Shown: positions 52,301 through 60,255, counted from the stretch's first letter. The stretch is DNA of 64,000 nt from Candidatus Magasanikiibacteriota bacterium (GCA_052034405.1 JBPOIO010000004.1:64751-128750), one strand, 5' to 3'. The notes: generated by a model from the sequence alone, not told the origin. Numbers and translations are program-made.

Positions 52301-55300
52301 TCCATTATAATTTGGATCACTACTGGTCGCAGTGTCAAGAATAATACTATACGCAATATCACCGTCTACATCAGCATCATCAACACCAGTAACAGTCACC
52401 GTACGAGGCAAATTCCAAGAAGTAGCATCAAAAACCAAAGTACTGGTATTGACTGTTCCCTCTGTGATATCCGAACTATGCACAGTAGTAGTCACAGTAC
52501 CTGTAGGTTGACTGGTGAGTACCACGGTAAAAGTAGCAGCCCCACCAACTTCACTGGTATTTCCAGAAATTGCTGATACCGTAAATCCAGCCGTATCATT
52601 GTCTGTAACACTCGCGACAACACTTGAAATTGGTATGGCATTATAGGTTCCGTCAGTAGACGTCGCACTATGTGTAAGTGTACTTGTATGTCCTCCCTCG
52701 ACCACACTATCATCCACCGCTGTTACCACAATCGTTTGTGCAGTATTCCAATTTGCTGTTGTAAAAACAATACTCGAAGTCGAAAGCGTACTTTGAGCAT
52801 CTGCAGAAATATTCACAAAAACACTATCTGTTGGCTGCGAATTCAATACCATAGTATAGGTATCAGTCGCCGTTCCTTCGGTAATATTTGTTGTTCCAGC
52901 ACTCTCGGTCACTGTTACTCCAGCAGTATCATTGTCAGTATTTGTAACAGATACATTATTTGGATTTACCCCATCATAATTTGGATCACTACTCGTCGCA
53001 GTGTCCAAAATTATTGAATAAGAAATATCTCCGTCATCTACACTATCGTCTACTCCAGTAACCGTCACCGTACGAGGCAAATTCCAAGAAGCTGCATTGA
53101 AAACCAAAGTACTGGTATTGATCGTTCCCTCTGTAGTATCCGAACTATGCACGGTAGTAGTTACAGTACCTGTAGGTTGACTAGTGAGTACGACGGTAAA
53201 TGTTGCTGTTGCACCAGTTTCAATCGTATCACCAGAAATTTCCGATACCGTAAACCCAGCAGTATCATTATCTGTAATATTTACGGTTTCACTTGCAATA
53301 CTAATATTATTAAAAGTACTATCCGTAGAGCTTGCAGTATGAGTAATCGTACTACTATGACTTCCTTCTGCAATACTATCATTGACGGCGCTTACAGTAA
53401 TTGTTTGGGCAGTACTCCAATTTGAAGTACTAAAGACAATACTCGAAGTAGAAAGTGTTGTTTGTGAATCAGCTGTTAGAGTAACCTCAACATTTCCTGT
53501 CGGACGATAATTGAGTACCACCGTATATGTATCAGTCGTACCCGCTTCACTGACATCTGTAGAACCACTCGAAGCATCAATAGAGACAGCCGGAGTACTT
53601 GTCGGAGGAGATTCCCAAGCTGCATAATCATAGGTATAAGTGCTTTCATTTGTTTCATTTCCTGTACCAACAGTAAATAAATTCGTTCCAAGAGCCGTAA
53701 TTTTACTCGCAGCATTAGCAGTACTTATAAAATATTGAGAATTTCCATCGGTTAAATTGTTTGCCAAAAACATACCCGCACGTGCAGTTCCCCCACTACG
53801 TTTTTTCACCCACACCAAATCTGGATCATTCCCTATACCCGTCACATCATGAGCAATTCCAGTACCTGTATAAGTTCCAACAGAAAAATAACTACTCGCA
53901 GCAAAAGCGAACCAATAACAAATTTCATTAACAGTATTTACTTCATATGGTTGAACAGCAATACCAACCTGAAAAGAATGATCTCCAATACTTTGAATCA
54001 TATCCGCTTGTGCAGCAACAGCATGGAACGCATTTGTCAAATCTCCACTCATGGCTGATGTTCTCCAAGAAGCAATACTCAAAGCTGGTGAATCTTTTAC
54101 AACAACCAAATCTGGAGTAAAAGGAAGACGATAAATATCACGAGAGTCAACCCCACTTCCAGTATAGGCACCAATGGCAAAATCTTTTGCCCCGCTATTT
54201 GAATCAGAGTCCCAAGCATTTCCAAAAGCTTCCCAATAAAACACAACCCCAGTATTATTCGCGTTTAGATTAGTACCAATACTAAATCCATCGTTATCAA
54301 TAGATGTAATAAGTGCAGCAATAGCGGCTCCATTATAACCAAGATAAAATGATTTATCACCAGGAACATTACTCGTACGAAAAAAAGCATATGCAGCATT
54401 AGCAGCTTTAACAATAACGAGATCTGGCTTGAACCCCAGCCCTGTTACAGAAAGTGCACTTCCAGTACCCGTATAAGTACCGCTTGCATAGCGATAAGTA
54501 CCACTAGTACTTGGAGCCGCAGCTCCACCAAAAGAGGCATAATACATAGGGGCACCACTTCCATTTACCGAAGAAAATGTTCCTACTTTGAATCCCCCCG
54601 TTGAAGTTTGCTCCCGAAAATATTTTCCTCCTGCCGCAGCATCTGTAAAAGCAACCGAAAAATTTCCACGATCAAAGGTAGCAACTCCTGCAGCCGCTGC
54701 ATTGGTGGAATTTTTCATGAAAGTAAAATCTGATTGAAAGGTAAGCCCTGCGTCGTCACTGGAACTAATAGTTTTATTTGCTCCAGTTCCAGTATAGGTA
54801 CCCACATCCATGGCACCAGCAACCTGTTTGAATGCAAAAAAGTAAAAAGTATGCCCACTTCGATTGGCATTATTCCCAGTTCCTACCGTAAAACCACTTG
54901 CATCAAGTGTTTTGATCATTTGTCCCCCTGTATCAGCAGCAGCCGCATGAAAATAGTTATTTTCATTGGCACCCATAGAAGACGATTTCCAAATAGCGGC
55001 AACAGTAGAAGCATCACGAGTCACCACCAAATCAGGTTGAAAACCTGTATTAATACTTTGTGCAGCACCGGTTCCAGAATATGTTCCCACACAAAAAGTT
55101 CCACTCGCTGTACAATCAGAACCACCAAAAGCAACCCATTCCCAGCGCACACCAGAAGTATTTACATTGGCGCCAGAACTCAAGGTAAATCCATCCGCAT
55201 CAAGAGTAATCAAGGTACTCGTATCATTCGCCGATGTCCCTGCAAAAAGTTGACTATGACTTGCAGGCATGGCAGAGGACTTTACCACCATACCAACACC

Positions 55301-55555
55301 AGAGGCATCATCGGCTTTGATCATAACAAGATTCGGGGTAAACCCAAGACCAGTAATAGATTTTGCTGCACCAGTACCTACATAATACCCAGTCTGCATG
55401 CTAAATGTTGCAGCCTTTACTTTTTGAATATCCAAAGCAGTAAACGGAAAAATTCCAGAAAAACCACCAAAAGCCCCCCACACAATCATGAAAAGCAAAA
55501 AAATCTTTTTTACAAAAAAGATGAAATTTTTTGGACTCAATTTCCCCCTAAACAT
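43382..55555 (-). CDS. Giant (4057 aa) secreted/cell-surface repeat protein
   Basis: The gene is one uninterrupted 12.2-kb ORF. The N-terminus has a hydrophobic signal anchor (KKIFLLFMIVWGAFGGFSGIF). About 7 degenerate repeats of about 85 aa follow, with the pattern G.Y.GTG......GF.PDLV..K......A.W.SS.M......F........I..LD..GF.VG...N..G..Y...AF. The central region holds roughly 27 tandem repeats of about 100 aa that alternate between two subtypes. Subtype A reads like TESAGTTDITEGGATDSYTIVLNSQPTGNV...STLSTSSIVFT.ANWN.AQTITVTAVDD...EG.H.STITH..TSTD..Y. Subtype B reads like SAISGNTSEAGGTATFTVVLTSQPTGTVTTTVHSSDTTEGTINTSTLVF...SWNLPRTVTVTGVDD..DDGDI.YSIILDTATSTD.NY.G.NP.DVSVTNTDNDTAG. The VDD..EG/DDxD motifs make the repeats resemble Calx-beta/Ig-like surface modules. 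The C-terminus ends with a PG_binding_1-like domain (ALQKILASQGFFNHETTGLYGPVTVEAVKAFQRAHGL). Confidence 0.8.
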   Translation of the reverse strand: MFRGKLSPKNFIFFVKKIFLLFMIVWGAFGGFSGIFPFTALDIQKVKAATFSMQTGYYVGTGAAKSITGLGFTPNLVMIKADDASGVGMVVKSSAMPASHSQLFAGTSANDTSTLITLDADGFTLSSGANVNTSGVRWEWVAFGGSDCTASGTFCVGTYSGTGAAQSINTGFQPDLVVTRDASTVAAIWKSSSMGANENNYFHAAAADTGGQMIKTLDASGFTVGTGNNANRSGHTFYFFAFKQVAGAMDVGTYTGTGANKTISSSDDAGLTFQSDFTFMKNSTNAAAAGVATFDRGNFSVAFTDAAAGGKYFREQTSTGGFKVGTFSSVNGSGAPMYYASFGGAAAPSTSGTYRYASGTYTGTGSALSVTGLGFKPDLVIVKAANAAYAFFRTSNVPGDKSFYLGYNGAAIAALITSIDNDGFSIGTNLNANNTGVVFYWEAFGNAWDSDSNSGAKDFAIGAYTGSGVDSRDIYRLPFTPDLVVVKDSPALSIASWRTSAMSGDLTNAFHAVAAQADMIQSIGDHSFQVGIAVQPYEVNTVNEICYWFAFAASSYFSVGTYTGTGIAHDVTGIGNDPDLVWVKKRSGGTARAGMFLANNLTDGNSQYFISTANAASKITALGTNLFTVGTGNETNESTYTYDYAAWESPPTSTPAVSIDASSGSTDVSEAGTTDTYTVVLNYRPTGNVEVTLTADSQTTLSTSSIVFSTSNWSTAQTITVSAVNDSIAEGSHSSTITHTASSTDSTFNNISIASETVNITDNDTAGFTVSEISGDTIETGATATFTVVLTSQPTGTVTTTVHSSDTTEGTINTSTLVFNAASWNLPRTVTVTGVDDSVDDGDISYSIILDTATSSDPNYDGVNPNNVSVTNTDNDTAGVTVTESAGTTNITEGTATDTYTMVLNSQPTDSVFVNISADAQSTLSTSSIVFTTANWNTAQTIVVTAVDDSVVEGGHTSTLTHSATSTDGTYNAIPISSVVASVTDNDTAGFTVSAISGNTSEVGGAATFTVVLTSQPTGTVTTTVHSSDITEGTVNTSTLVFDATSWNLPRTVTVTGVDDADVDGDIAYSIILDTATSSDPNYNGINPLDVSVTNTDNEAPASAGVTISQSAGSTNVTEAAATDTYTIVLNSLPTGNVFVNIASDSQVSFSTSSIVFTLANWNVAQTITVTAVDDDYSESLHSATITHSATSTDSDYNAIVIASVTANITDNDSAGVTVTQSGGTTDISEAGLTDSYTLLLTSAPTGTVNIALVSDTECTVSTSSISFTSGNWNRAVTVTATAVDDSVVEGGHTCVITHTVTSTNANYDGIAVASVTANITDNDTAGFTVSAISGNTSEFGGTATFTVVLDSQPSASVTTTVYSSDTTEGTINTSTLVFDADSWNLPRTVTVTGVDDSVDDGDVAYSIILDSATSTDLTYSGMNPADVSVTNTDNDTAGITLVESFEATNITEGGATDSYTLVLDTEPSAHVAVSISPDAESTLSTSSIVFTPANWNVAQTITVTAVDDAIAEGGHTTTITHTVTSTDPGYDAFVLPNVTANITDNDTAGFDVSAISGDTSEAGTTSTFTVVLTSEPSGIVTTTVHVLDATEHSINTSTLVFSPEDWNLTRTVIVTGVDDDIDDGNQPNSVILDIATSTDPNYDGMNPDDVNMLVNLDNDSAGVTLVESDGTTDVTEGGATDTYTIVLNTQPTGNVAIHLNTDGESTLSTSSITFQTSNWNVARTVTVTAVDDAVQQGEHSSTITHTVTSTDEGYEGIAVGDVVATVTDNDTAGFTVSAISGNTSEAGATATFTVVLNSEPSGVVTTTIHSSDTTEGTITTSTLVFHSNDWNIPRTVTVTGVDDFVSDGDIAYTIILDTATSTVDVNYAGINPNDVNVTNTDNDTIGVTVTESAGTTDITEGGATDSYTIVLNTQPTGNVAISVSADADATVSTSSIVFTPANWDTAQTITVTAVNDAVVEGAHTSTLTHSATSTDGAYDGIMIGSVTANITDNDTAGFTVSLISASTTEAGGTATFTVVLDAAPTGIVTTTIHSSDITEGTITTSTLVFSPGSWNLARTVTVTGVDDILADGNINYSIILDTATSTDDVNYAGINPSDVAVTNIDNDVVGITLVESGGTTDITEGGATDSYTIVLNSQPTGDVAVSLSADVDSTISTSSIVFTPINWNVAQTLTITAVDDIFDEGAHFSTITHSVTSTDPGYDGIAIVDVVANVIDNDTAGFTVSLISASTTEAGGTATFTVVLSTPPTGIVTTTVHSSDTTEGTINTSTLVFSPDDWDFVRTVTVTGVDDALVDGNIDYSIILDTATSTDLNYDGFDPADVSVTNIDNDSVGVTISESAGTTDISEGGGTDSYTIVLNSEPTGNVALSLSPDAQSTISTSSIVFTPLNWNIAQTITVTALNDAIAEGDHTSTITHTATSTDLGYDGIAIDSVIANVSDNDAAGFTVSLISGDTTEAGGTATFTVVLDSPPSGTVTTTVHSSDTTEGTINTSTLVFDAASWNLPRTVTVTGVDDDLVDGDIAYSIILDTASSTDVHYAGLNPADVSVTNSDDDSVGITLVESAGTTDITEGAAGDSYTLVLNSQPTGDVSINITSDAQSIVSTSSIIFTTSTWNIAKTISVTAVNDHLAEGGHNSVIAHSVTSTDPAYDALAIPDVIANVTDNDNVGITLTESAAATNITEGGATDSYTLVLTSEPSSTVGITLTSDAQSTLSTSSIIFTSTTWNIAQTITVTAVDDSLTEGAHDSTITQTVSSDDVQYNAVIIPNLTAHITDNDSNSVVLTESAGTTNITEAGVTDSYTIVLSSEPLDTVFVHIAADAEATLSTSSIQFTTSTWNIAQTITVTAVNDLVAEGAHDSTLTHSVTSTDPGYDAIVVADITAHITDNDSAGVTLAQSADTTNIAEGGASDSYTIVLNSKPSSDVTITLTPDAESTLSTTSISFSSSTWNIPVSVSVMAEDDADVEGPHTSVITHSADSLDAAYNAIAIADLTANVIDNDTPGVTVTESLGTTDITEGGVEDSYTIVLNALPLADVTIEITSDAASTISTSSLVFNIANWNIPRVVTTTAVDDAVSQGLHISTITHTVSSLDINYDLIATSDVIANVTDNDTAGITVSAISGDTSESGTTSTYTVVLDSEPRDDVFISVSSSDASEATVDQALLTFTVLNWNIPQTVTVTGVDDLIADGPINYSLVNGVASSTDDNYDGLNASDVDALNTDNDVAGISLTQSGGATNITEGGATDSYTLVLDTEPINDVTITITPDAQSTVSTSSIVFTSTNWNVAQTITVSAFNDDSVEDPHDSTITASASSLDANYNGLAIVDVTAHITDNDIAGFTVSLISGDTSEAGTTATFTLVLNSEPSGPVTTTLSSSDLTEGTVNSSTLVFGPADWNIPRTITVSGVDDYFDDGDIDFSIVLDAAVSGDAHYNALNPDDVSVTNIDDDGVGINVVESVASTDISEAGSSDSYTLVLGSTPTADVVVTLASDAQSTLSTTSITFTPDRWNIPVEVTVTAVDDAVDEGAHTSTLTATALSADISYNGIVIADITAHITDNDAVSDPIKAGGGGGAMTIPSVPLVPLLSNNGESDISIVFTTKDSESLNFPSSSHRVIRVSASADEAVLVIESEPIVVHLKKDIAQILDTDKNGIPDLRVVYDGLLGKNPKFTFTEIQELLPVFINNGAKQTFSRMVHMQFNIVNASFVAISNNPDFSDATFQTFTTSSVWALPFGDGPKTVYVRFRSKSGGVFDTSASIQLLHSMTSCSLHLGRPYKSPDSNAVYYITPPYNKDGQPIEGSCTKRAFKASPIFFSYFASWSDVQVVPKADLANIPDDALGFMPRGPRYAPQNGTLMKVVSDPNVYLLVNGKKHVITSEEIFKSLGFEWNYVEDVAQELLDMFAEGDVISKNEAPALSVIGYADSPRLYFLEPSVADSSIFLKRYIASESAWKSLNYRTDRIIRLPASSIYGDGTQIGEESSLLPNRQTLSSGFTFTHSLVLNDSGSEVEALQKILASQGFFNHETTGLYGPVTVEAVKAFQRAHGLEDLGIVGPGTRSVLNSL
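44900..53500. repeat. Near-identical tandem coding repeats (period about 290 bp, paired in A/B units of about 590 bp) inside the giant gene
   Basis: The protein-level repeats map to long stretches of highly similar DNA, for example the recurring acagtaaatcctgctgtgtcattgtctgtaatatt and accgtacgaggcaaattccaagaag. The boundaries are approximate. Confidence 0.7.
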
Positions 55556-55613
55556 ATTCCAATATATGTGCCACTAAAAAATGGGGTCTCATTATTATTA
55601 TTTTCTGTATACA

Positions 55614-55642
55614 ATTATACCAAAATTTCAAATTCATCGCAA
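55614..55642 (-). promoter_or_regulatory. Promoter for the giant gene: TTGCGA-N17-(TGg)TATAAT with an extended -10
   Basis: A perfect -10 TATAAT (plus 55614-55619) carries an upstream TG, and the -35 TTGCGA (plus 55637-55642) lies 17 nt away. The leader before the ATG at 55555 is about 50 nt. Confidence 0.45.
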
Positions 55643-55648
55643 CAAAAA

Positions 55649-55678
55649 ACACGAGCTCATTTGTGCTCGTGTTTTTTA
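55649..55678 (-). terminator. Terminator (acacgagc-tcatttgt-gctcgtgt plus T6) immediately after aspS
   Basis: An 8-bp perfect stem is flanked by an A-run and a T-run. It lies between the aspS stop and the promoter of the giant gene. Confidence 0.6.
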
Positions 55679-55684
55679 ATTTTT

Positions 55685-57448
55685 TTATTCGTGAATATCT
55701 GTCTTGATATGGAGTTCTTTGAGTTGTTTTTCGTCTACTTCACTAGGACTTCCAACCATTGGTTCTTCGGCACGTCCATTTTTTGGAAAAGGCACCACCG
55801 AACGAATATTTTTTTCACCCGTGAAAAGCATTACCAATCGATCAATTCCAGGAGCAAACCCACAGTGAGGAGGTGCACCGTATTCAAAGGCCTTGATCAT
55901 GTGACCAAATTTTTTGTCCACCACTTCGTGACCATACCCAGCCATTTCGAAGGCTTTGTACATAATAGCCGAGTCACGATTGCGCACTGCACCACTTGAA
56001 AGTTCAAGCCCATTGGCAATAATATCGTATTGATAAGCAACAATATCAAGTGGGTTTTTGTTCAAAAGTGCATCCATACCGCCCTGAGGCATTGAAAATG
56101 GATTGTGCGCAAAGTCAATTTTTTTGTCATCTTCATTCCATTCAAAAAATGGAAAATCTACCACCCAGGCCCAGGCAATTACATCTGGATCCGCAAGTTT
56201 GAGTTTTTCCCCAAGATGAGTTCGAAGAACTCCAAGGGCTTTGCAAGAAACTTCGTACTTGTCTGCGGCAAAAAACACAATACCGTTTTCTTTGAGATCA
56301 AGCACAGAGACAAGCGCAGCAAGTTGTTCGGCATTAAAAAATTTGGCAATAGATCCATCAAGTACCCCGTCAACAAACTTCAAACTCGCAAGTCCTTTTG
56401 CCTTGGCACGCTTCACCACATCAGTGAGTTCGCCATCGATTTCACTTCGAGAAAATTCATGTCCACCTGGCACAAACATAGCACGAACGTATTCGGCTTC
56501 TTGAAAAACCTTGAATTCACTCGCCTTTGCCCATTCACTCACATTGTGAATCTTGAGTCCAAAACGCAAATCTGGTCGGTCAGATCCATAGCTTTCCATA
56601 CATTCTTTGAATGGAATGCGAGGAAATGGATTGTTTTGTACTTTTTTGCCAGCAACTTTTTCGGTGAGCTCAATAAAAAGTGGTTCCATGAGCGCAAAAA
56701 ATTCATCTTGTGAAAGAAAACTGGTTTCACAGTCAAGTTGATAAAACTCTCCAGGTGAACGATCTGCACGAGGATCCTCGTCACGCATACAAGGCGCTAC
56801 TTGGTAATAGCGATCAAAACCTGCTACCATAAGCAGCTGTTTGTATTGCTGAGGCGCCTGAGGAAGCGCATAAAACTTTCCTGGATGAATACGACTTGGG
56901 ACAAGAAAGTCACGTGCACCTTCTGGAGAAGATACCGTCAAAATTGGAGTTGAAATGTCTACAAATTGTCTTTCTTCCATCCACTTGCGGATAAATCCAA
57001 TCATTTTTGCACGAAACAAAATATTATTTTTCAATTTTTCGCGACGAAGTTCCAAAAAACGATATTTGAGACGAAGTTCTTCGTCATCTTCACCTTTTGC
57101 AGTTTCAAAAATTTCAAATGGCATTGCTTTGGCAGTACTCAGCACTTCAACGCTCGTTGCCACAATTTCAATTTCTCCTGTTGCCATGTCACTATTAATA
57201 GATTTTTCATCACGCTTTACTACGGTCCCCTTGAGAGAAATAACATATTCGTATTTCAAACCCTCAACCACGGACATATCCCCCATTTTTTCTGGATTAA
57301 AAACAACCTGGGTCAAACCATAGCGATCACGCAAATCCACAAAAGCAAGGCTTCCAAAGTCGCGGCGTTTGTGCACCCAACCAGCGAGCATGACTTCTTC
57401 TCCAACATTTTTGAGGCTTAATTCCCCACAAGTATGTGTTCGATACAT
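55685..57448 (-). CDS. aspS: Aspartate--tRNA ligase
   Basis: The product starts MYRTHTCGELSLKNVGEEVMLAGWVHKRRDFGSLAFVDLRDRYGLTQVVF, which is the anticodon-binding OB fold. It also carries class II motifs 1-3 (FRDEDPRADRSPEFYQLD, GFAPGIDRLVMLF). The true start is the internal ATG, since the track ORF begins 30 codons earlier. Confidence 0.93.
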   Translation of the reverse strand: MYRTHTCGELSLKNVGEEVMLAGWVHKRRDFGSLAFVDLRDRYGLTQVVFNPEKMGDMSVVEGLKYEYVISLKGTVVKRDEKSINSDMATGEIEIVATSVEVLSTAKAMPFEIFETAKGEDDEELRLKYRFLELRREKLKNNILFRAKMIGFIRKWMEERQFVDISTPILTVSSPEGARDFLVPSRIHPGKFYALPQAPQQYKQLLMVAGFDRYYQVAPCMRDEDPRADRSPGEFYQLDCETSFLSQDEFFALMEPLFIELTEKVAGKKVQNNPFPRIPFKECMESYGSDRPDLRFGLKIHNVSEWAKASEFKVFQEAEYVRAMFVPGGHEFSRSEIDGELTDVVKRAKAKGLASLKFVDGVLDGSIAKFFNAEQLAALVSVLDLKENGIVFFAADKYEVSCKALGVLRTHLGEKLKLADPDVIAWAWVVDFPFFEWNEDDKKIDFAHNPFSMPQGGMDALLNKNPLDIVAYQYDIIANGLELSSGAVRNRDSAIMYKAFEMAGYGHEVVDKKFGHMIKAFEYGAPPHCGFAPGIDRLVMLFTGEKNIRSVVPFPKNGRAEEPMVGSPSEVDEKQLKELHIKTDIHE

Positions 57449-57513
57449 AAAATAATCAATAAAAGATAGAGATACCTTAGCAAAGAATCTCCAAAAAAGC
57501 AAGAGTCGGTCCC

Positions 57514-58182
57514 CTATTTTTTGGGCAACATTTCCCACTTCAAAATCTTTACATTTTTGCCCCCCTCTAGCAAAAAGCCCACCCGAGCACGAAAAGCATT
57601 ATGCCCGTCTTCGTATTCGACAATAGCATTGCCCGAGTTTTCAAAAGTAATATGTGTAATATAAAATTTTCCGCCCAAAACGGCTTTTTCTGGTGAAAGC
57701 TGCGAAAGATGCAAAGCAATATATTTGGCAACAAGTTCTTGACCTTCATCCACCGCCTGGGCAGGACTCGACGAGGCAATAATATCAAACGATACAATAT
57801 TCAAATTTTTTGTACCAGTAATTTCAAAAACCCCTTTGGCAGTATAGGTTTGGGTCGTATCACTATAAACCACACGGGTTTCTCCAGGGCCAGTGTGTTC
57901 AATAGAACTCACCGTAAAAGCTGTACCAGTTGCCGGGGCCACAGGTGACAGTACAATAATACGCGTAGAAATAAATTGATCAATGGCTTTGTTGATATCA
58001 AGAGTAAAAACAGGCGTACTCGAAGCAGTCTGTGATACAGGACTTTGTGGTGGAAGAGATTTTTTAAAAATTTTATCCCGAAAAATATATCCAGCAATCC
58101 CAAGAGCGAACACAATACAAACAACCCCAAAAACAGTACCAGACTTCCCCGCACTTTTCTGCTCAACAATTTCTTCATCCAT
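57514..58182 (-). CDS. Hypothetical membrane-anchored protein (N-terminal TM, extracytoplasmic domain)
   Basis: The 222-aa product has the hydrophobic segment TVFGVVCIVFALGIAGYIF near its N-terminus. No domain was recognised. Confidence 0.4.
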   Translation of the reverse strand: MDEEIVEQKSAGKSGTVFGVVCIVFALGIAGYIFRDKIFKKSLPPQSPVSQTASSTPVFTLDINKAIDQFISTRIIVLSPVAPATGTAFTVSSIEHTGPGETRVVYSDTTQTYTAKGVFEITGTKNLNIVSFDIIASSSPAQAVDEGQELVAKYIALHLSQLSPEKAVLGGKFYITHITFENSGNAIVEYEDGHNAFRARVGFLLEGGKNVKILKWEMLPKK

Positions 58183-58205
58183 AGCGCAAAATATTTAAAA
58201 ACAAA

Positions 58206-58640
58206 CTATTTCTTGGCTTCAAGCAAAATATCCTTCAAATAATCGACACCCTCTTGCAAAAATCTTTTGTGATACACTTTTCCATTGTAAGAAAAAGCAA
58301 TTTGCTGACACTGTGGATCCAAATTGATCATTGCAGGCTCTACAAACAAGGCTTTTCCCTTGGCATAAAATTGAATGGTCCCAGTAAAATCACATTTTAT
58401 ATTTGGAACATTGCTATCTGTAATAGTACCTGTTATGAGCCAAACTCCTGGCTGGTACTGCAGTGTTTTTCGGTATGTTTTATTTTCTGCAGCATCAGTA
58501 AAAGTGATTTCAGCAGTATCTGCAGCCGAGAGCATTTGGTGAAAATTCCCCGCACTTTTTTGCTGCAAAAAATACCAAACACCAAAGCCCATTCCACCAA
58601 GAATAAGCAGTCCAAATAAAGCCATGAATACTTTTTTCAT
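58206..58640 (-). CDS. Hypothetical membrane-anchored protein
   Basis: The 144-aa product has the N-terminal TM segment MKKVFMALFGLLILGGMGFGVWYFL. No domain was recognised. Confidence 0.4.
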   Translation of the reverse strand: MKKVFMALFGLLILGGMGFGVWYFLQQKSAGNFHQMLSAADTAEITFTDAAENKTYRKTLQYQPGVWLITGTITDSNVPNIKCDFTGTIQFYAKGKALFVEPAMINLDPQCQQIAFSYNGKVYHKRFLQEGVDYLKDILLEAKK

Positions 58641-58770
58641 AATTGAACGAAATGAGAGAAGTAAAAGTTTGTGAGTAAAAAATTATATTTATATAAGTTT
58701 TTATGAACAAATTTTTACTTCCGAATGAGTGAAAATTATATAGCCCACAGGGCATATATAAGGGAATAAA

Positions 58771-60243
58771 TTAGCTCAAAATTAACGTTGCAAGCAGCAC
58801 AATAAGCCCAACTGTTTGTACAATAATATGATGATGCTGACGACGAATTTCAATAACAATAGACAAAATAAGTGCCAGAGAAAAAAAGACAAGAAAAAAC
58901 AAATACACGCCGCGAGAAAAATCAAAAATACGAGAAACAGAACTGCCCACATCACGCGCACGCATATACTTTTCAAGAGGACTTGGCGAGAGCACTTTTA
59001 TTTGTTTCCAAGATACTACAGCGTTGATAGTTTGACCATCTCTTCCCAAGATTTGGAGTGAAGGTTCGAGGACAGGTTTAAAAAAATTATCTGCCGCTTC
59101 GTCTACTGTCAGCGTCGCATAAAAAAATCCATCGTCACTTTTTCTTTCCAAGTTCAAAGAATGGTTGTTTACGGTCAATACTGCAGAAGCAACATCTCCG
59201 AGGATATGCACCGTGGCAGACAAAATCGTTTTGTTATTTTCTTCTTTCCAATCCAAAAATGAATCTTCGGCAATAAAATGCGCCTGGCGAACAATTGTTT
59301 CAGAACGACCAGGAGCCACATCAATAACAGCCAAAGGTACAGGAACGGGTACAGCAGCAAGTGTCGAAGTTACGCTAGAGCTTACAATCTTGGGTTCTTC
59401 CTTGAGAACAGCAGCTGTCGGAGCTCGCGTCGCAATCGTTGCAACTTTTGTTTCTGTCTTAACTTCGTTTTTTACTTCCGTCTTTGCTTTCAGCTCAGTT
59501 TTTGCAAGTGGAGCAGATTCTTTTACTCGGAGTGCGGCAGTCCCTGCAGCAACTTTTTCCAAACTTTCTGGAAATGCTTTTTCGGGAACAACTTTGGGAC
59601 TTCCAAAATGCTGTGCAACATACACCGTAGAAAGATCATTATAAGTACCACTTTCCATACTCACCCCAAATTCTTTGAAATCTGGATCAATCAAATTGGC
59701 ATAATGCGTCGGACTCTTCACCCAACCCGAGAAAATTTCTTCGGCACTACTAAATCCCATAGCAAGATTTTCTCCTGCTGTTTCGTAGCGATAACCCGCA
59801 GTAGAAAGATAATGCGCCAAACCATAGCCCTTTGGACTAGTGTGACTAAAATAATGCAAATCCGCCATGTCTGTTGCCTTGAGATCACTCGATACATGCA
59901 GCGGAACCATGGCTGTGAGAGGCGCAATCCCTTTCTGGGCACGAAGATTATTGGTCAATGTCAAAAGTTTACTTTCTTCACCCTGCAAAACATCTGGCAT
60001 CACAAACACCACACTCGGGATAAGCATAGCAAAAAGAAAAACCATTGCTTTGAGAGACAAAAAAAATGCCGTATAAAAAACAGCACGCTTGGTATGCAAA
60101 ATATGAGGGTGATAATTGTTTCCCTCATGTGGTATAAAAAAATGTTTCAGATGCTGACTCATAATACCCCCATATTTTAACACAAAAGAGAAAAGTCTCC
60201 AAATAAAAATCCCCTGAAGATTCAGGGGATTTTTTGTCTCCAA
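58771..60243 (-). CDS. CAP-domain (SCP/PR-1/YkwD-like) protein with N- and C-terminal membrane segments
   Basis: The CAP-like core reads LTNNLRAQKGIAPL...HYFSHTSPKGYGLAHYLSTAGYRYETAGENLAMGFSSAEEIFSGWVKSPTHYANLIDPDFKEFGVSMESG...VYVAQHFG. Hydrophobic helices sit at both ends. The product is 490 aa. Confidence 0.6.
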   Translation of the reverse strand: METKNPLNLQGIFIWRLFSFVLKYGGIMSQHLKHFFIPHEGNNYHPHILHTKRAVFYTAFFLSLKAMVFLFAMLIPSVVFVMPDVLQGEESKLLTLTNNLRAQKGIAPLTAMVPLHVSSDLKATDMADLHYFSHTSPKGYGLAHYLSTAGYRYETAGENLAMGFSSAEEIFSGWVKSPTHYANLIDPDFKEFGVSMESGTYNDLSTVYVAQHFGSPKVVPEKAFPESLEKVAAGTAALRVKESAPLAKTELKAKTEVKNEVKTETKVATIATRAPTAAVLKEEPKIVSSSVTSTLAAVPVPVPLAVIDVAPGRSETIVRQAHFIAEDSFLDWKEENNKTILSATVHILGDVASAVLTVNNHSLNLERKSDDGFFYATLTVDEAADNFFKPVLEPSLQILGRDGQTINAVVSWKQIKVLSPSPLEKYMRARDVGSSVSRIFDFSRGVYLFFLVFFSLALILSIVIEIRRQHHHIIVQTVGLIVLLATLILS

Positions 60244-60255
60244 AGATTTTAATTT

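Noticed and set aside
44900-53500. CRISPR array
   Set aside because: The repeats are about 290 bp, protein-coding and imperfect, with no short unique spacers and no cas genes. No CRISPR-like arrays occur elsewhere in the window.
43955-53715. Numerous 60-190-aa ORFs on both strands inside the giant gene
   Set aside because: They are antisense or out of frame relative to a continuous 12-kb coding frame. They are rich in Cys/Ile/Asn runs typical of repeat-derived frame artefacts.
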